Part shown: positions 1-9,985 of the stretch, in pieces | How positions within the stretch are numbered: position 1 is the stretch's first letter | How the letters are laid out: every line of letters starts with the position of its first letter | Notes under the pieces: model-generated | What the model was told of the DNA's origin: nothing | Seen by the model: only the letters and a program-made list of their open reading frames with translations | Database searches by the model: none | Made by a program: the position numbers and the translations under genes | From: Hydrurus foetidus | Lineage: Eukaryota | Assembly: GCA_900617105.1 (NCBI GenBank) | Contig: UYFQ01000652.1 | Location: 50,905-70,904 of the forward strand | Direction: 5' to 3' | Length of the DNA stretch: 20,000 nt

Positions 1-2
1 CG

Positions 3-1918
3 GGCGGAGCAGTCCCCCTCGGCGCCGAGCAACATTCCGCGTTCCTGACAGATTCTTTGGTAGGCACAAAGGAAAAAGTCTCGGGGAAGGGAGCCAAGGG
101 AAAGACTGCAGGAACGAAAAAGAAATCATCGTCAGTGATTTGTTTCGTATGCGGAAACACAGGACATTTCGCCAGAGATTGCGAACAACGCAAGGATTCG
201 GAGCATGCGATGCTCACCAATGTCGAGGAGGACATCGAAGAAGATGACGAGAGCATAGGAGCAGCATTCGTCACGACAGACGAGTTTGCCCTGTTCACTC
301 GTAGTCATGTGCTGCTAGACAACCAGGCGTCAGTGAACATATTTTGCAATCCGTCATTGCTGACCGACATTAGGAAATCGCAACATGCGATCCTCCTCAA
401 CGGAGTCCAGTCTGAGGCGAAGGGTGTCCGAGTCGACCACGAGGGAGACTTCGGAGACATCGGGCCTGTTTACTTCAGTCGGGGAGCTACAGCCAACATA
501 CTGTCATTCGCGGCGATGGCAGACAGTGGTGCGGACATCAGCTACGATCACGGGATTGGATGCTTCAACTTACGGCCCGCCGGCAGCAGGACAACGTACA
601 ACTTCAGCAGGCAGAGTCTGCCAGGCTCATCAGGGAGATTTTACGTGTGGGATGCGAGAAGCGCAGCAGGGCAGGCGCACCAGATGCAGGAGCAAGCACT
701 GGTAACGACAGTCGAAGACAACATGAGGCGCTTCACAAAACGCGAGATTGCACAAGCAGCAGCAGCCAAGGAGCTGCTAGCACGGATGGGTTACCCTCCA
801 GTAGAGATGGCGATCGCGATGATCAGGGGGGGTAACAACTTCAGCGTCTCAGAAGCAGATTTCCGAAACGCTCATTCGATCTGGGGCAAATGTCTCGCCA
901 GTCTCAGAGGCAAAACTCACAAGAAATCGTCGCCTGTAGCCGACATTTCTCTGACACCTGCACCAGCGCAGCAGCAGCAAGTCTTGAGTGTGGACATTAT
1001 GTATCTGGAGGCCACAGCGATACTTATCGCCGTTTCAACCCCTCTAGACATGACCCTCGCCGTGAGCCTCATGCGACTCGATACCGAGAAGACCTCTCGA
1101 GCTGCTGCAATTGTAAGGCCGGCACTAAATGAAATGATATCCATACTCAAATCCAGGAACTTCTTAGTGCAGGTCATCATGTCCGACGGCGAAGGTGCCA
1201 TCGGCAAAATGAGGCTCGATTTGCTGGCACTGGGAATCGAGGTAGATGTCAGCGCAGCTGGCGGTCACGTCGCCAGGATTGAACGACGGATTCAGATGGT
1301 GAAGGAGCGAGCACGCGCTCACATCAACGGTAGAATTCCATTCACTCCCACCGAACTCTGTCTAACCTATCTAGCTCTATACTGCGTCGCCCGCATTAAC
1401 TGTCAGCAGTCAGGATCAAGGCCCGGGGGTCTATCGCCAAGGGAATTATTTTCAGGACGGAGGGTTGACGGGAACCTGGACTTTCGTGCCGCATATGGGG
1501 ATTACGCTGTTTGTACCGTACCTAACACGAATAATTCTATGCAATTCAGAACTGAAGATTGCATTGTAATGCTCCCCACACACAGCAGAACTGGATCGTT
1601 CAAGATGCTATCACTGGCTACAGGCAAGATCGTGACAAGAGACCAATTCAAGATACTGCCGATGCCACAGTCAGTCATAATGACGCTGAATGCCATGGCA
1701 GTCAAAGAAGGGAAGAAAATAACGCAAACCCAACTTCATGTGCTTGATGAACTACTATTCGCAAACAGTCTAGACAAGTCTAAAATGCCATCCTTCATTA
1801 CCAACCCCACCACTCAGGATGCCATTGTCGACTCGGTATCGGTGGATTATCAACCCACACTCACCGCCCTACCATCAGCTGACAGCATTTTCGAGATTCC
1901 TCCTTCCGATGTGGGGGG
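3..1918 (+). CDS. pol: Copia Gag-Pol, 5' part: CCHC zinc knuckle, aspartic protease, integrase (open from the window start)
   Basis: The frame is open from nt 3 (GGAVPLGAEQHSAFLTDSLVGTK...). Motifs: CFVCGNTGHFARDC (141-182); protease VLLDNQASVNIF (D at 318-320); integrase LSVDIMY, MSDGEG and HVARIERRIQMVKER. Confidence 0.93.
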
Positions 1919-3945
1919 TACCAGTCGCAGCCGAAGCCACGCCACCATCAGGCGAAATCGGAATTGCGGCAGTCGGAATCGGAACTGCGGAACTCGAAAC
2001 AATTGGGGTGCACGAACGAGACCTACTCACACCACCCATACCACCGCCTGAATCAGACGACATTCCAGCAGATATACCTGCACTTGACATCGAACCAGTC
2101 CCACAGCAACCAGCACAGACGGTGCAGTCGCCTGCAAGAGAACAACGCAAGGTACCGGTACCAACAGAACGTATGGTGACGAGGTCAACCCGTACGAACG
2201 AGGACGCGTTCGTGACGAACACAGGGGGTACAGTACCGAGATCCGCCAATACATCAACAACCACACACGAGGTAGATGAGGTGATGAAGCGACACAGAGA
2301 GGAGATGGGTAAGAGCAACACTGCCAACATAAGTGTCAAAGAGGCGTTTCGCACCAGAGGACACGAAGCGAAGAAAGTCATCGTGTCGGAGCTCAGGCAG
2401 ATGATAGATAAGAGGGTATGGGCGCCGGTGATGGGAGGGAGACTAACGGCTATGCAGAGAGCATCGACCATTCGATCCTCAATGTTCCTCAAGCAGAAGA
2501 ATAATCCGGACGGAAGCTTCCTCAAGCTCAAGGCACGGCTGGTAGCAGGTGGCGATCAGCAGGACAAGGGGCTATACGAGGACCTGTCCTCTCCGACTGT
2601 GTCCACTAGTGCCGTATTCACATTGCTTGCAGTCGCGGCTCATGAGAAGCGTCGAGTCGCAGTAGTGGATATCAGTGGCGCATACCTCAACGCGGACATG
2701 ACCCTGGACGTGCCGGTTCACATGCGGCTTGATCGCACCATGTCAGATATCATCATTGACATTGACCCCACGTACGGTCAGTACACGGATGCGAGGGGAG
2801 GCATCACGGTCCACCTCAAGAAAGCGCTATACGGTTGCGTGGAGAGTGCCGGGCTGTGGTACGAGAATCTGCACTCCACTATGACGGGACTCGGGTACGT
2901 ACGGAATATCGGTGATAAATGCGTATTCAACCGGACAGGCACGGACGGACATCAGTGCACCGCAGCAGTGCACGTCGATGATTTACTCATCACTAGCAAG
3001 AGCAATGCCAATGTGACACACCTAGTCGAAGGACTACGCAAGAGGTACGGTGCAATCACATTATCATATGGCCCTGTCATAAACTACCTCGGTATGGCGA
3101 TAGACATGTATGTATCAGGACAGGCGATGATCACCACGACGGGCTACTGCGATGAGATTGTGAAGATATCCGGGGTGAAAGGATCCGCGCGAACCCCTGC
3201 CACGGAGGGACTATTCGAGACGAGAGAGGGTGCCGCCACAGTGACGGAATCCGTGCGAGTATGGTTTCACAAGATAGTCGCGATGGTTCTCTACCTGGCC
3301 AAGCGCACCAAACCAGAGTGCCTAGTGGCAGTCGCCTTCCTAGCCACACGTGTCAATAAGTGTACGACAGACGACGTGGACAAACTACAGCGATTGGTGC
3401 GGTACATCCACACGACAAGGGACAGCGGCGTAGTGCTGAGGCCGGGTGCAGGGGGTATCGCGGTGCGGCTCTTCGTTGATGCATCCTACGGTGTGCACAG
3501 CGATGGAAGGTCTCACACGGGAAGCTGCGTGGTGATCGGCGATGTCGGAGTAGTGCACTGCCGATCATCGAAACAATTGATAGTGACGAAGTCGAGTACG
3601 GAAGCGGAGCTGGTGGGGCTGTCTGACTCAGCTAACCAGGGGATATTCATACGTACTTTTCTCATTGCACAGGGTTACAAGATGGAGCCGGTGGTCATCT
3701 ACCAAGACAACCAGTCCTGTATGGCGTTGGTGGCGCGCGGCAGATCTGGAGCGGAGCGCACGCGCCACATACAGATCCGTTACTTCTGGGTCAAGGAGCG
3801 GGTGGATACGGGCGAGGTGCGAGTGGAGTACTTACGCAGCGAGGACATGTACGCGAACGTACTCACCAAGCCACTCCAGGGGTCCCAGTTCCAGAGAGAG
3901 AAAGGGGGCCTCACGGGATGGCCCACAGCGGACAGAGAGAATTAA
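1918..3945 (+). CDS. pol: Copia Pol, 3' part: linker, reverse transcriptase, RNase H; joined to the upstream frame by a +1 shift at the G run 1913-1918
   Basis: RT motifs LKARLVAGG, VDISGAYL, LKKALYG and VHVDDLL (2968-2988). RNase H motifs FVDASYG, SSTEAELVG, YQDNQS, RTRHIQIRYFWVKE and DMYANVLTKPL. Stop TAA ends at 3945. Confidence 0.95.
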   Translation, partial: VPVAAEATPPSGEIGIAAVGIGTAELETIGVHERDLLTPPIPPPESDDIPADIPALDIEPVPQQPAQTVQSPAREQRKVPVPTERMVTRSTRTNEDAFVTNTGGTVPRSANTSTTTHEVDEVMKRHREEMGKSNTANISVKEAFRTRGHEAKKVIVSELRQMIDKRVWAPVMGGRLTAMQRASTIRSSMFLKQKNNPDGSFLKLKARLVAGGDQQDKGLYEDLSSPTVSTSAVFTLLAVAAHEKRRVAVVDISGAYLNADMTLDVPVHMRLDRTMSDIIIDIDPTYGQYTDARGGITVHLKKALYGCVESAGLWYENLHSTMTGLGYVRNIGDKCVFNRTGTDGHQCTAAVHVDDLLITSKSNANVTHLVEGLRKRYGAITLSYGPVINYLGMAIDMYVSGQAMITTTGYCDEIVKISGVKGSARTPATEGLFETREGAATVTESVRVWFHKIVAMVLYLAKRTKPECLVAVAFLATRVNKCTTDDVDKLQRLVRYIHTTRDSGVVLRPGAGGIAVRLFVDASYGVHSDGRSHTGSCVVIGDVGVVHCRSSKQLIVTKSSTEAELVGLSDSANQGIFIRTFLIAQGYKMEPVVIYQDNQSCMALVARGRSGAERTRHIQIRYFWVKERVDTGEVRVEYLRSEDMYANVLTKPLQGSQFQREKGGLTGWPTADREN

Positions 3946-4089
3946 GGGTGCCAGCGAGGAGGGCAGCACACCAATCAAATGATATTTAGTTAGACTTACT
4001 GCTTGAAAAACAATTCACACCTATTTTTTTGCTGACATGAAAATCCAATGCGTGCCTGGGTGCTTCAACTACTGCGTGACTGTTGGGTG

Positions 4090-4408
4090 TGTTGGAGTAT
4101 CCGGAGAAAAGACACTGCTGTAGTTGTATAGTATATGCATGGACCCCGACGGTCAGCGGTATGTGCCCCGGGGGTGCAGATCGTGGACCGTTGGATGTTT
4201 GGGCTCATAGAGCCATTCATTCATCTATCTTCAACTTGGATAGACCCATGTGCAATTGCGTTGATATGTAAAGCTTCGTTGCCGTCTTGATTGATGCCGG
4301 TGCACAAGTTTAATTATCAAGTAATACACACTACAAGTCTACTTTTACGAGCCTTGGGTCACCGGTCGCACGAGTCACAAAGCATCCGGGCTTCGAGAAA
4401 TCCCAACA
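4090..4408 (+). repeat. Putative 3' LTR of the copia element (about 319 bp; an alternative start is 4081)
   Basis: Begins TGTTGGAG about 145 nt after the pol stop, preceded by a weak PPT-like ...CTGTTGGGTG. Ends TCCCAACA, giving the terminal inverted repeat TGTTGG/CCAACA. The 5' LTR is not in the window, so it cannot be compared. Confidence 0.7.
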
Positions 4409-4439
4409 TACCAGAGGTGAAAATAACGGTTAAGACCCA

Positions 4440-4710
4440 CTACACAAATTTTCATTTTGCAACGCTCACATTACAACTTTTACTTTAGAACTTAGCCCTC
4501 ACAGCTCGATCCACTTCTCAACTCTCTCTCCTCACATGAAAATTTAAGATGTTCACAAGAAATTGTTCAGTATTGTGCCCAAATTATTTTTTATTATTGT
4601 GCTGTTCATAACTGAAACATTTTTTTTCCGAGTTGAGTTGTGAAGTGAATTGAATTGACTTGTAAAGTGAAAGTTGTAATGTGGGCGTTGTAAAATGAAA
4701 AGTTGTGTGG
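4440..4710. repeat. Imperfect 50-bp inverted repeat (4440-4489 / 4661-4710), MITE-like fold-back
   Basis: CTACACAAATTTTCATTTTGCAACGCTCACATTACAACTTTTACTTTAGA matches the reverse complement of 4661-4710 at 44 of 50 positions. The spacer is AT-rich and non-coding. Confidence 0.75.
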
Positions 4711-5527
4711 TGAGCGATGACCTTATGAGGGACCAATAAATTAGCAGACATCTCAATCAATTCGGGAATGAACCTTAGAATCTATTTGAAAACGTAATTT
4801 TTGCCGACAGACGGTCATTCGTCCTCCTCGCTAATTTCAGTAAGGCTCACATTTAATGATCCTATACATATCGTACTCCATGATGGACACAGTTGCATGC
4901 GCATGATGTGGCATTATAGATAGACGCACGACATTGATCCTGCTTCTGCTATCTGACTGCCCAGTGAACGTTGATAAATCATATTCAATTTGCAGTGAAT
5001 TATCAGAATTTCTTCGCAGGCAGAAACAATTCGTAGCACTGTACCCGTCCGTAACTATATGATAATAAATGATACTTGCAGTAACCACGCACAACACACA
5101 TACTCATTCACTACCGTCGAGTGCCATATGTTTTGTTTTCTTTTGTACGGTGTGGGGCGTTGAGAATGGAAATGCCGCATATTTACGGAGATTAAGATAA
5201 CGTCCAATCACATCCAACTCAGAAGAGCAGATTATCATACAGAAATTACGAAACTCAGTTCTGACTTTTGCAACAGCCTCCATCTTAACCCCCATCGGTA
5301 CGATCTTTCTTTCAGCTTTTATCTCGTTGATTTGCTCCAGATATTTGAGGATGACCGCATGCACGAGCATAATGTTTGATTAAGTATCTGCGGCTTTCTA
5401 AATGACCTTTCTGGACACTTGAGAACGAGCTGTTTCTGACAGAGTTCATTTACATCGTAGAGAAGCTGATATTGAGTTCGAACACCACTTCGAATATCAG
5501 GATTTTTCTTGGATCGCATTTTTCTCG

Positions 5528-6109
5528 ATGCAACCTATTTTGGAAATCCGGAGCCGCTGCAAGGGTACTTTCGTGCTAAGAAAAAGCCTCAAGGTTCAAG
5601 AGGGGACACTGTGCGATCTAAGAAGGAATCCCTTGAATGAGCATGGTCGGTTACAACTAATCTTGTTACATTGCTTTGCTTCTACAGTGGAAATAGTTGA
5701 TGTCTCAATTTTCAGCAGACACTGCATACTCTCACCATGCACTAATGCGAATAAACACGTTGTGCTTTGAACAGATACTAATTGCGTCCAGATTATTGCG
5801 CCAATTGATATTCCTAGTTCACTGCCCTACAACTATCATCTTGGGGAGCGTATTGGAAACGTTAGCCGTGAGGTAGCATTAGCATTGGCGAGTGTGATGG
5901 ATGCGGATGATCTCGATCTCCCTGATTGTAACATTTACAACGTTGGATTCAAATTTTAGTGTATACTTCTCGAAGACACAACGCATAGAGCTGAGGGATG
6001 CGAGATCAGTATCCTTGTGCTGTCTGTCAATGATGCATCTTTCACAGAAAGCTTAATGCGTTTGTTACACTCGAAGGGACTTGAGCCAGTAAAAGTTTGC
6101 AAGGTGTGA
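5528..6109 (+). pseudogene. Possible decayed coding remnant, product unknown
   Basis: One frame runs 194 codons with only two internal stops (TGA 5768-5770, TAG 5957-5959). The read-through text is protein-like (...CVQIIAPIDIPSSLPYNYHLGERIGNVSREVALALASVMDADDLDLPDC...). No motif recognised. Confidence 0.3.
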
Positions 6110-7858
6110 TACATCCGTGATCTGCAGTACTTCTCTTTTCGTTATGGGCTCCAAATCATTGACGTATGATTTAACTGTTCTTTTAATTGGTAAAAGTATC
6201 AAGATTCAAAGACATGTCGTTAACGAAGCATGTTTAAACGGAACTTTTTTTTGCAGTGAGATGATTAAAATGCTGGAAAATTATTGGAAACAACTGCACT
6301 GCGCTACGATTGCCGATGATCTTTGGAATTGGTTGGAAAAAAAAGAAAAAAAAAGTCTGAGTAAAAAAGAATAACGACAGACGTACTGATAATTATATTT
6401 AGGTATAAGCTGAGGTGTTAGTCAGGTACTTCTTCTTAAATATTTGATATAACTTAGGGACTGAAGCTTTCTACATAAACTCGTTATCACTTTCATCGCT
6501 ATCACAATCATCGTCAATGAAGTCATTGTTATCGATATAGTAACTAATTACTGCTCTCTCTAGTAAATTTAGATCACCCGGTGTCATTTCGTCACTATTA
6601 TTGTTCGGAGCACTATCATTTAATTCTAGCGTTCCTTCTGGAATAATCATCATGGTGCCGCACATTGACTCCTTTTTTATATATCATGAATTCTACTGGT
6701 TTATCATCATCATCTAAACTGCTAACGGGTAGTGTTCCCGTTTTGATGAATGTGCGATTGATACAGTCTCTAAATTTGCTTTCTGTAAATTGCTCCTTAA
6801 ACAATTGTATTAAGTCTAATATGCCTTCTAACATTGTTGGTTTTGGTGTCGTAAACTTAGGATTTTTTCTCATCGCTATAGGTAACACAGAATCGCTATC
6901 TCTTTCTCTCTTAAAATCTTGAAAACCTTGATATAATCTATTAGCTCTTATTGTGCGAATGTGAGCTTTTAAGGGGCCATTGACTACAAGATCTAAAACT
7001 TGTAATTCCCCTGTCATATTCCCCTTGTAATTTTAAGAAACATACATCAACATCAACCTCTCTGATTACATCTGTAACACTAGATGTTTTATGGCTCCCA
7101 CAATTATCACACCATATAAGCATTTTTCCTAACTTTTCTTTCAGAGGCTTTATGATAACCTCAAACCATAGTATCATTCTAACTGTATCGTTCCAAGCTT
7201 TAACTTGACTTGTTATAACATGACCGGAAATACTATGTATTATGTAGATGATCTTATGCAGAGCAGTTACACTATTCAGCGTTACTTCTTTCTGCCATAT
7301 TTTCAAAAACCACCCATCACTCTCTCTAAAACCGACTTTCTTATGTAAGTCACGTATGACTGTCATACCTGTTTGGTCGGGACGCTTCTCGGAACTCACT
7401 GAATGCTTGATTATAAGCATTAGGGGAGCAAACTCTCCAACCGCATTCACAGCTATTACGGCAGTTATTCTCAGCTTCGTGTTTGAAATGCCTATATTCG
7501 TTGCTCTTGGCTGATTTTTAGGACAGTAGCTGTGTGTTGGTCCGATTGCCCAGGTGAAAGCTGTTTCATCAAAGTTGAAACATGTTTGTGGAGTATGTCC
7601 TCCCTCTACGTAGCGATTTTGACCGATCTTCAATACTTCGTGTATTTCCTCATCAGTAGGCACTGCCTTATCTTCTCGTGTAATTTTACGTCGACTCACA
7701 CCCCCACGACTAAGGAATGATTTAATAAATTTGTTTGAAAACGTTAACTGTTGCACACTAGCCTCACTTTTCCAGCAATCCCTACCCCTTACCGAATTAG
7801 CCGCTTCCTCTACTATTGCATACGAATATGCGACATTGACAAGGATCCTTACTGTGTC

Positions 7859-8175
7859 CTAGATTAAGAGAAAAAAATGTGAGTGAAAATAAAAATAAAA
7901 ATGAAGTTGAAAATGAAAATGAAAATGAAAATGAAAATGAAAATGAAAATGAAAATGAAAATGAAAATGAAAATGAAAATGAAAATGAAAATGAAAATGA
8001 AAATGAAAATGAAAATGAAAATGAAAATGAAAATGAAAATGAAAATGAAAATGAAAATGAAAATGAAAATGAAAAAATATATATGTACAACTAAAAAAAT
8101 ATATAAAATAAATATTGGAGTAGCGAATCGTTATCATCCATAAATTGTGATAACACTTTTAATCTCAAAACTTAC
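7859..8175 (-). other. GT-AG intron of the pogo-like transposase (317 nt)
   Basis: Donor GTG|GTAAGT at 8175 and acceptor TTTTTTTCTCTTAATCTAG|GAC at 7859. Splicing joins the 8502 and 7756 ORFs in frame. Confidence 0.85.
7909..8070. repeat. (GAAAAT)27 hexanucleotide microsatellite, intronic
   Basis: 27 perfect GAAAAT units with degenerate units on either side. Confidence 0.98.
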
Positions 8176-8734
8176 CACATCGTTTTCGTTTTTCTCAAAC
8201 ATGCACAGCATTAGATTACCGCATACATCTGCCTCAAATTCATTATTCACTTTTCTTCCTGGTTTTTTATGTACATTTTTTACAGAGGACCATCGAATTA
8301 TTGTTCTCGCAGATATCGTGGAGCAGTATTTGTTATTATCCAACAGCTCTTCGGTTATATCAGCAGCAACAGCAATTATGTTTGTGTAGTCTCTCTCCTC
8401 TACAACCTTTTTAACGACTTCATAAATTAGCATCACATTCTTTTGATCGTCAGCATCGAATATCACATTTTTAACAGGCAGATCCGATAGTGCATTTTTC
8501 ACTCGAATGTCATTGCATACTTCACTTAAGGCTAAATGGTCAATATGATCAAACTCATCTTTTACTTCAATGTTTTCGTCAACATCTATTTTATTACCGT
8601 CTTCAACAGCATTTTTTTAACCCTCTTCTTCGCTATTTTTAATGCTGATTCTAAATAAAAAATTGAATGCTTTTCACCAAACGATTTATCAATTTCATTT
8701 ATTAATTCATTTCTATTTATATTAATCATTCGTT

Positions 8735-9279
8735 GACCAAGCTTATCGGGCGATTTTCTCTTTCTGACTGTCTAGATGTCGAGTCGATTTTTGAAAGGTT
8801 TAAAGTGCAAGGTGCCTAGAACAGCAGCTGCAGAGCAATGGACTGATGCAGGATAGTTGCTACGCTGCAGCAAATCATCACGTATTTCTCGTATGGCTGA
8901 AAGTAGGTCGGCGATATCCCGCATCGGAGGGCAGTAGTATGAAGAGAATTTGATTTCTGTACTTCTAATATGACCCTCTAGACTGAAGTACGGAGACAAG
9001 GATTTATCCCTATGAAACATAGTTATACGAGTAACGCTTCTCCTCCTCAGTCCTGCAGAGAACAGATTCATTCCATGTTTTAATGCGACAGAATTCACTC
9101 CAAAATTTGCTGTATTTCCCCACGGCAAATTATTCATTTTGATACTCAATTCCTCCGCGGACCACTGTTAATCCACATTCGCCTCATCAACTTTATGTCT
9201 TGCAAGCATAATTGCAAGCATAAATGAAGAATAATCTATCTCTGGAAGGTATTCCTTGTTGACACGCTGCATACTATAC
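8735..9279 (-). pseudogene. Possible decayed gene fragment of unknown function upstream of the pogo exons
   Basis: The 125-aa ORF 9149-8772 extends upstream in frame past a single TAA (YSMQRVNKEYLPEIDYSSFMLAIMLARHKVDEANVD*QWSAEEL...) to an acceptor-like CAAATAG. It also continues past the TAG at 8772 (TVRKRKSPDKLG). Confidence 0.35.
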
Positions 9280-9665
9280 CTATTTGCAAAGCAGCCATAC
9301 AGTCAAGACAATTTATGATAAGTTGTGTTTCTCAGCAAATTCAGGTAGCCAATAGACTTCAGTTGTAGAATTCAGTCACAAAAGCTTTCGCAGATTGATG
9401 ATACAGTCGGAATTTGACAGTTCGTGGAGTGTGATTTTGTCATGCTTACTTTTGCGTCAGTAGCTCGGAATGGTTTTTGACTCGATTTGAGAAACGTGAA
9501 AAGCACCTCGACTGGCAGTACGCCAGCTAACTGAGATGATGCTTGAATTGCAGTAAAGTGCTGTATCGATTGAGATAGTAATGATGGATGTCAGATGTGG
9601 TTATGCCTGATAGTGGTCGATTCGGAGCCGATTTCCGTTTTGTAAAACAAAACATATCACAGCTA

Positions 9666-9985
9666 GGACGAACGAACATTCGTTCGTCCGAATATGAACG
9701 AACATTGAACATGAACGAAAAAAAGCGGGGTTTTTCGTTCGTTCGCGAAAGGATGAAGGATAGAAATGAAATAAGTAAAAACCGTTCATGAACGAATCAA
9801 ACATGAACGACACATGAACGAATTCGTTCGTGAACGATGAACGATAGGAGCAGTGTTCCAAAATGACGTTCGTGAACGGACAGTGAAAAAATTCGTTCAT
9901 CATTCGTTCATGTTTCGTTCATTTCGTTCATGTTTCGTTCATGTTTCGTTCATGTTTCGTTCATGTTTCATTTATGATTCGTTCA
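9666..9985. repeat. Field of GAACGAA/TTCGTTC motifs in both orientations, with palindromes and an 11-bp tandem; resembles a DNA-transposon subterminal region or MITE
   Basis: Perfect hairpin GGACGAACGAA-CA-TTCGTTCGTCC (9666-9689), palindrome CGTTCATGAACG (9783-9794), and (CGTTCATGTTT)n at about 9905-9969. ATGAACG dominates left of about 9860 and CGTTCAT dominates to the right. Confidence 0.8.

Larger units (their letters stand above)
1..4408 (+). mobile_element. Ty1/copia LTR retrotransposon, 3' portion (5' end lies outside the window)
   Basis: Domain order zinc knuckle, PR, IN, RT, RNase H is diagnostic of copia. It is followed by a short UTR and a TGTTGG...CCAACA-bounded segment. The stretch is GC-richer than the DNA to its right. 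Confidence 0.96.
6471..8650 (-). pseudogene. Spliced pogo/Tigger-like (Tc1/mariner superfamily, DDE_1) transposase, disrupted
   Basis: Exon 8650-8176 splices in phase 0 to exon 7858-6471 (...KNENDV|DTVRILVNVAYSY...). CENP-B-type HTH tail FSNKFIKSFLSR. Catalytic FNFDETA (D 7570-7568), WCDNCGSH (D 7108-7106) and LQVLD (D 6993-6991). Acidic C-terminal tail. Frameshifts at about 8612-8618, 7021-7033 and 6673-6678. Confidence 0.9.

Noticed and set aside
1900..1925. Programmed +1 frameshift in the copia element
   Set aside because: It falls between IN and RT rather than at the gag/pol boundary, lacks the Ty1 CTTAGGC signal, and coincides with a G homopolymer.
385..3982. Short overlapping or antisense ORFs within the copia pol (e.g. 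1875-2531 minus)
   Set aside because: Expected shadows of a GC-rich coding frame, with no motifs.
7909..8070. Telomeric repeat
   Set aside because: GAAAAT is not a G-rich telomere motif and the array is internal to an intron.
7797..8143. ORFs with poly-FS, FH, EN and MK dipeptides
   Set aside because: Artefacts of the stop-free (GAAAAT)n microsatellite, which lies in an intron.
9666..9985. CRISPR array, or the short ORFs over the GAACGAA field
   Set aside because: The motifs are too short and irregular with no spacers, the context is eukaryotic, and the ORFs are repeat-derived.
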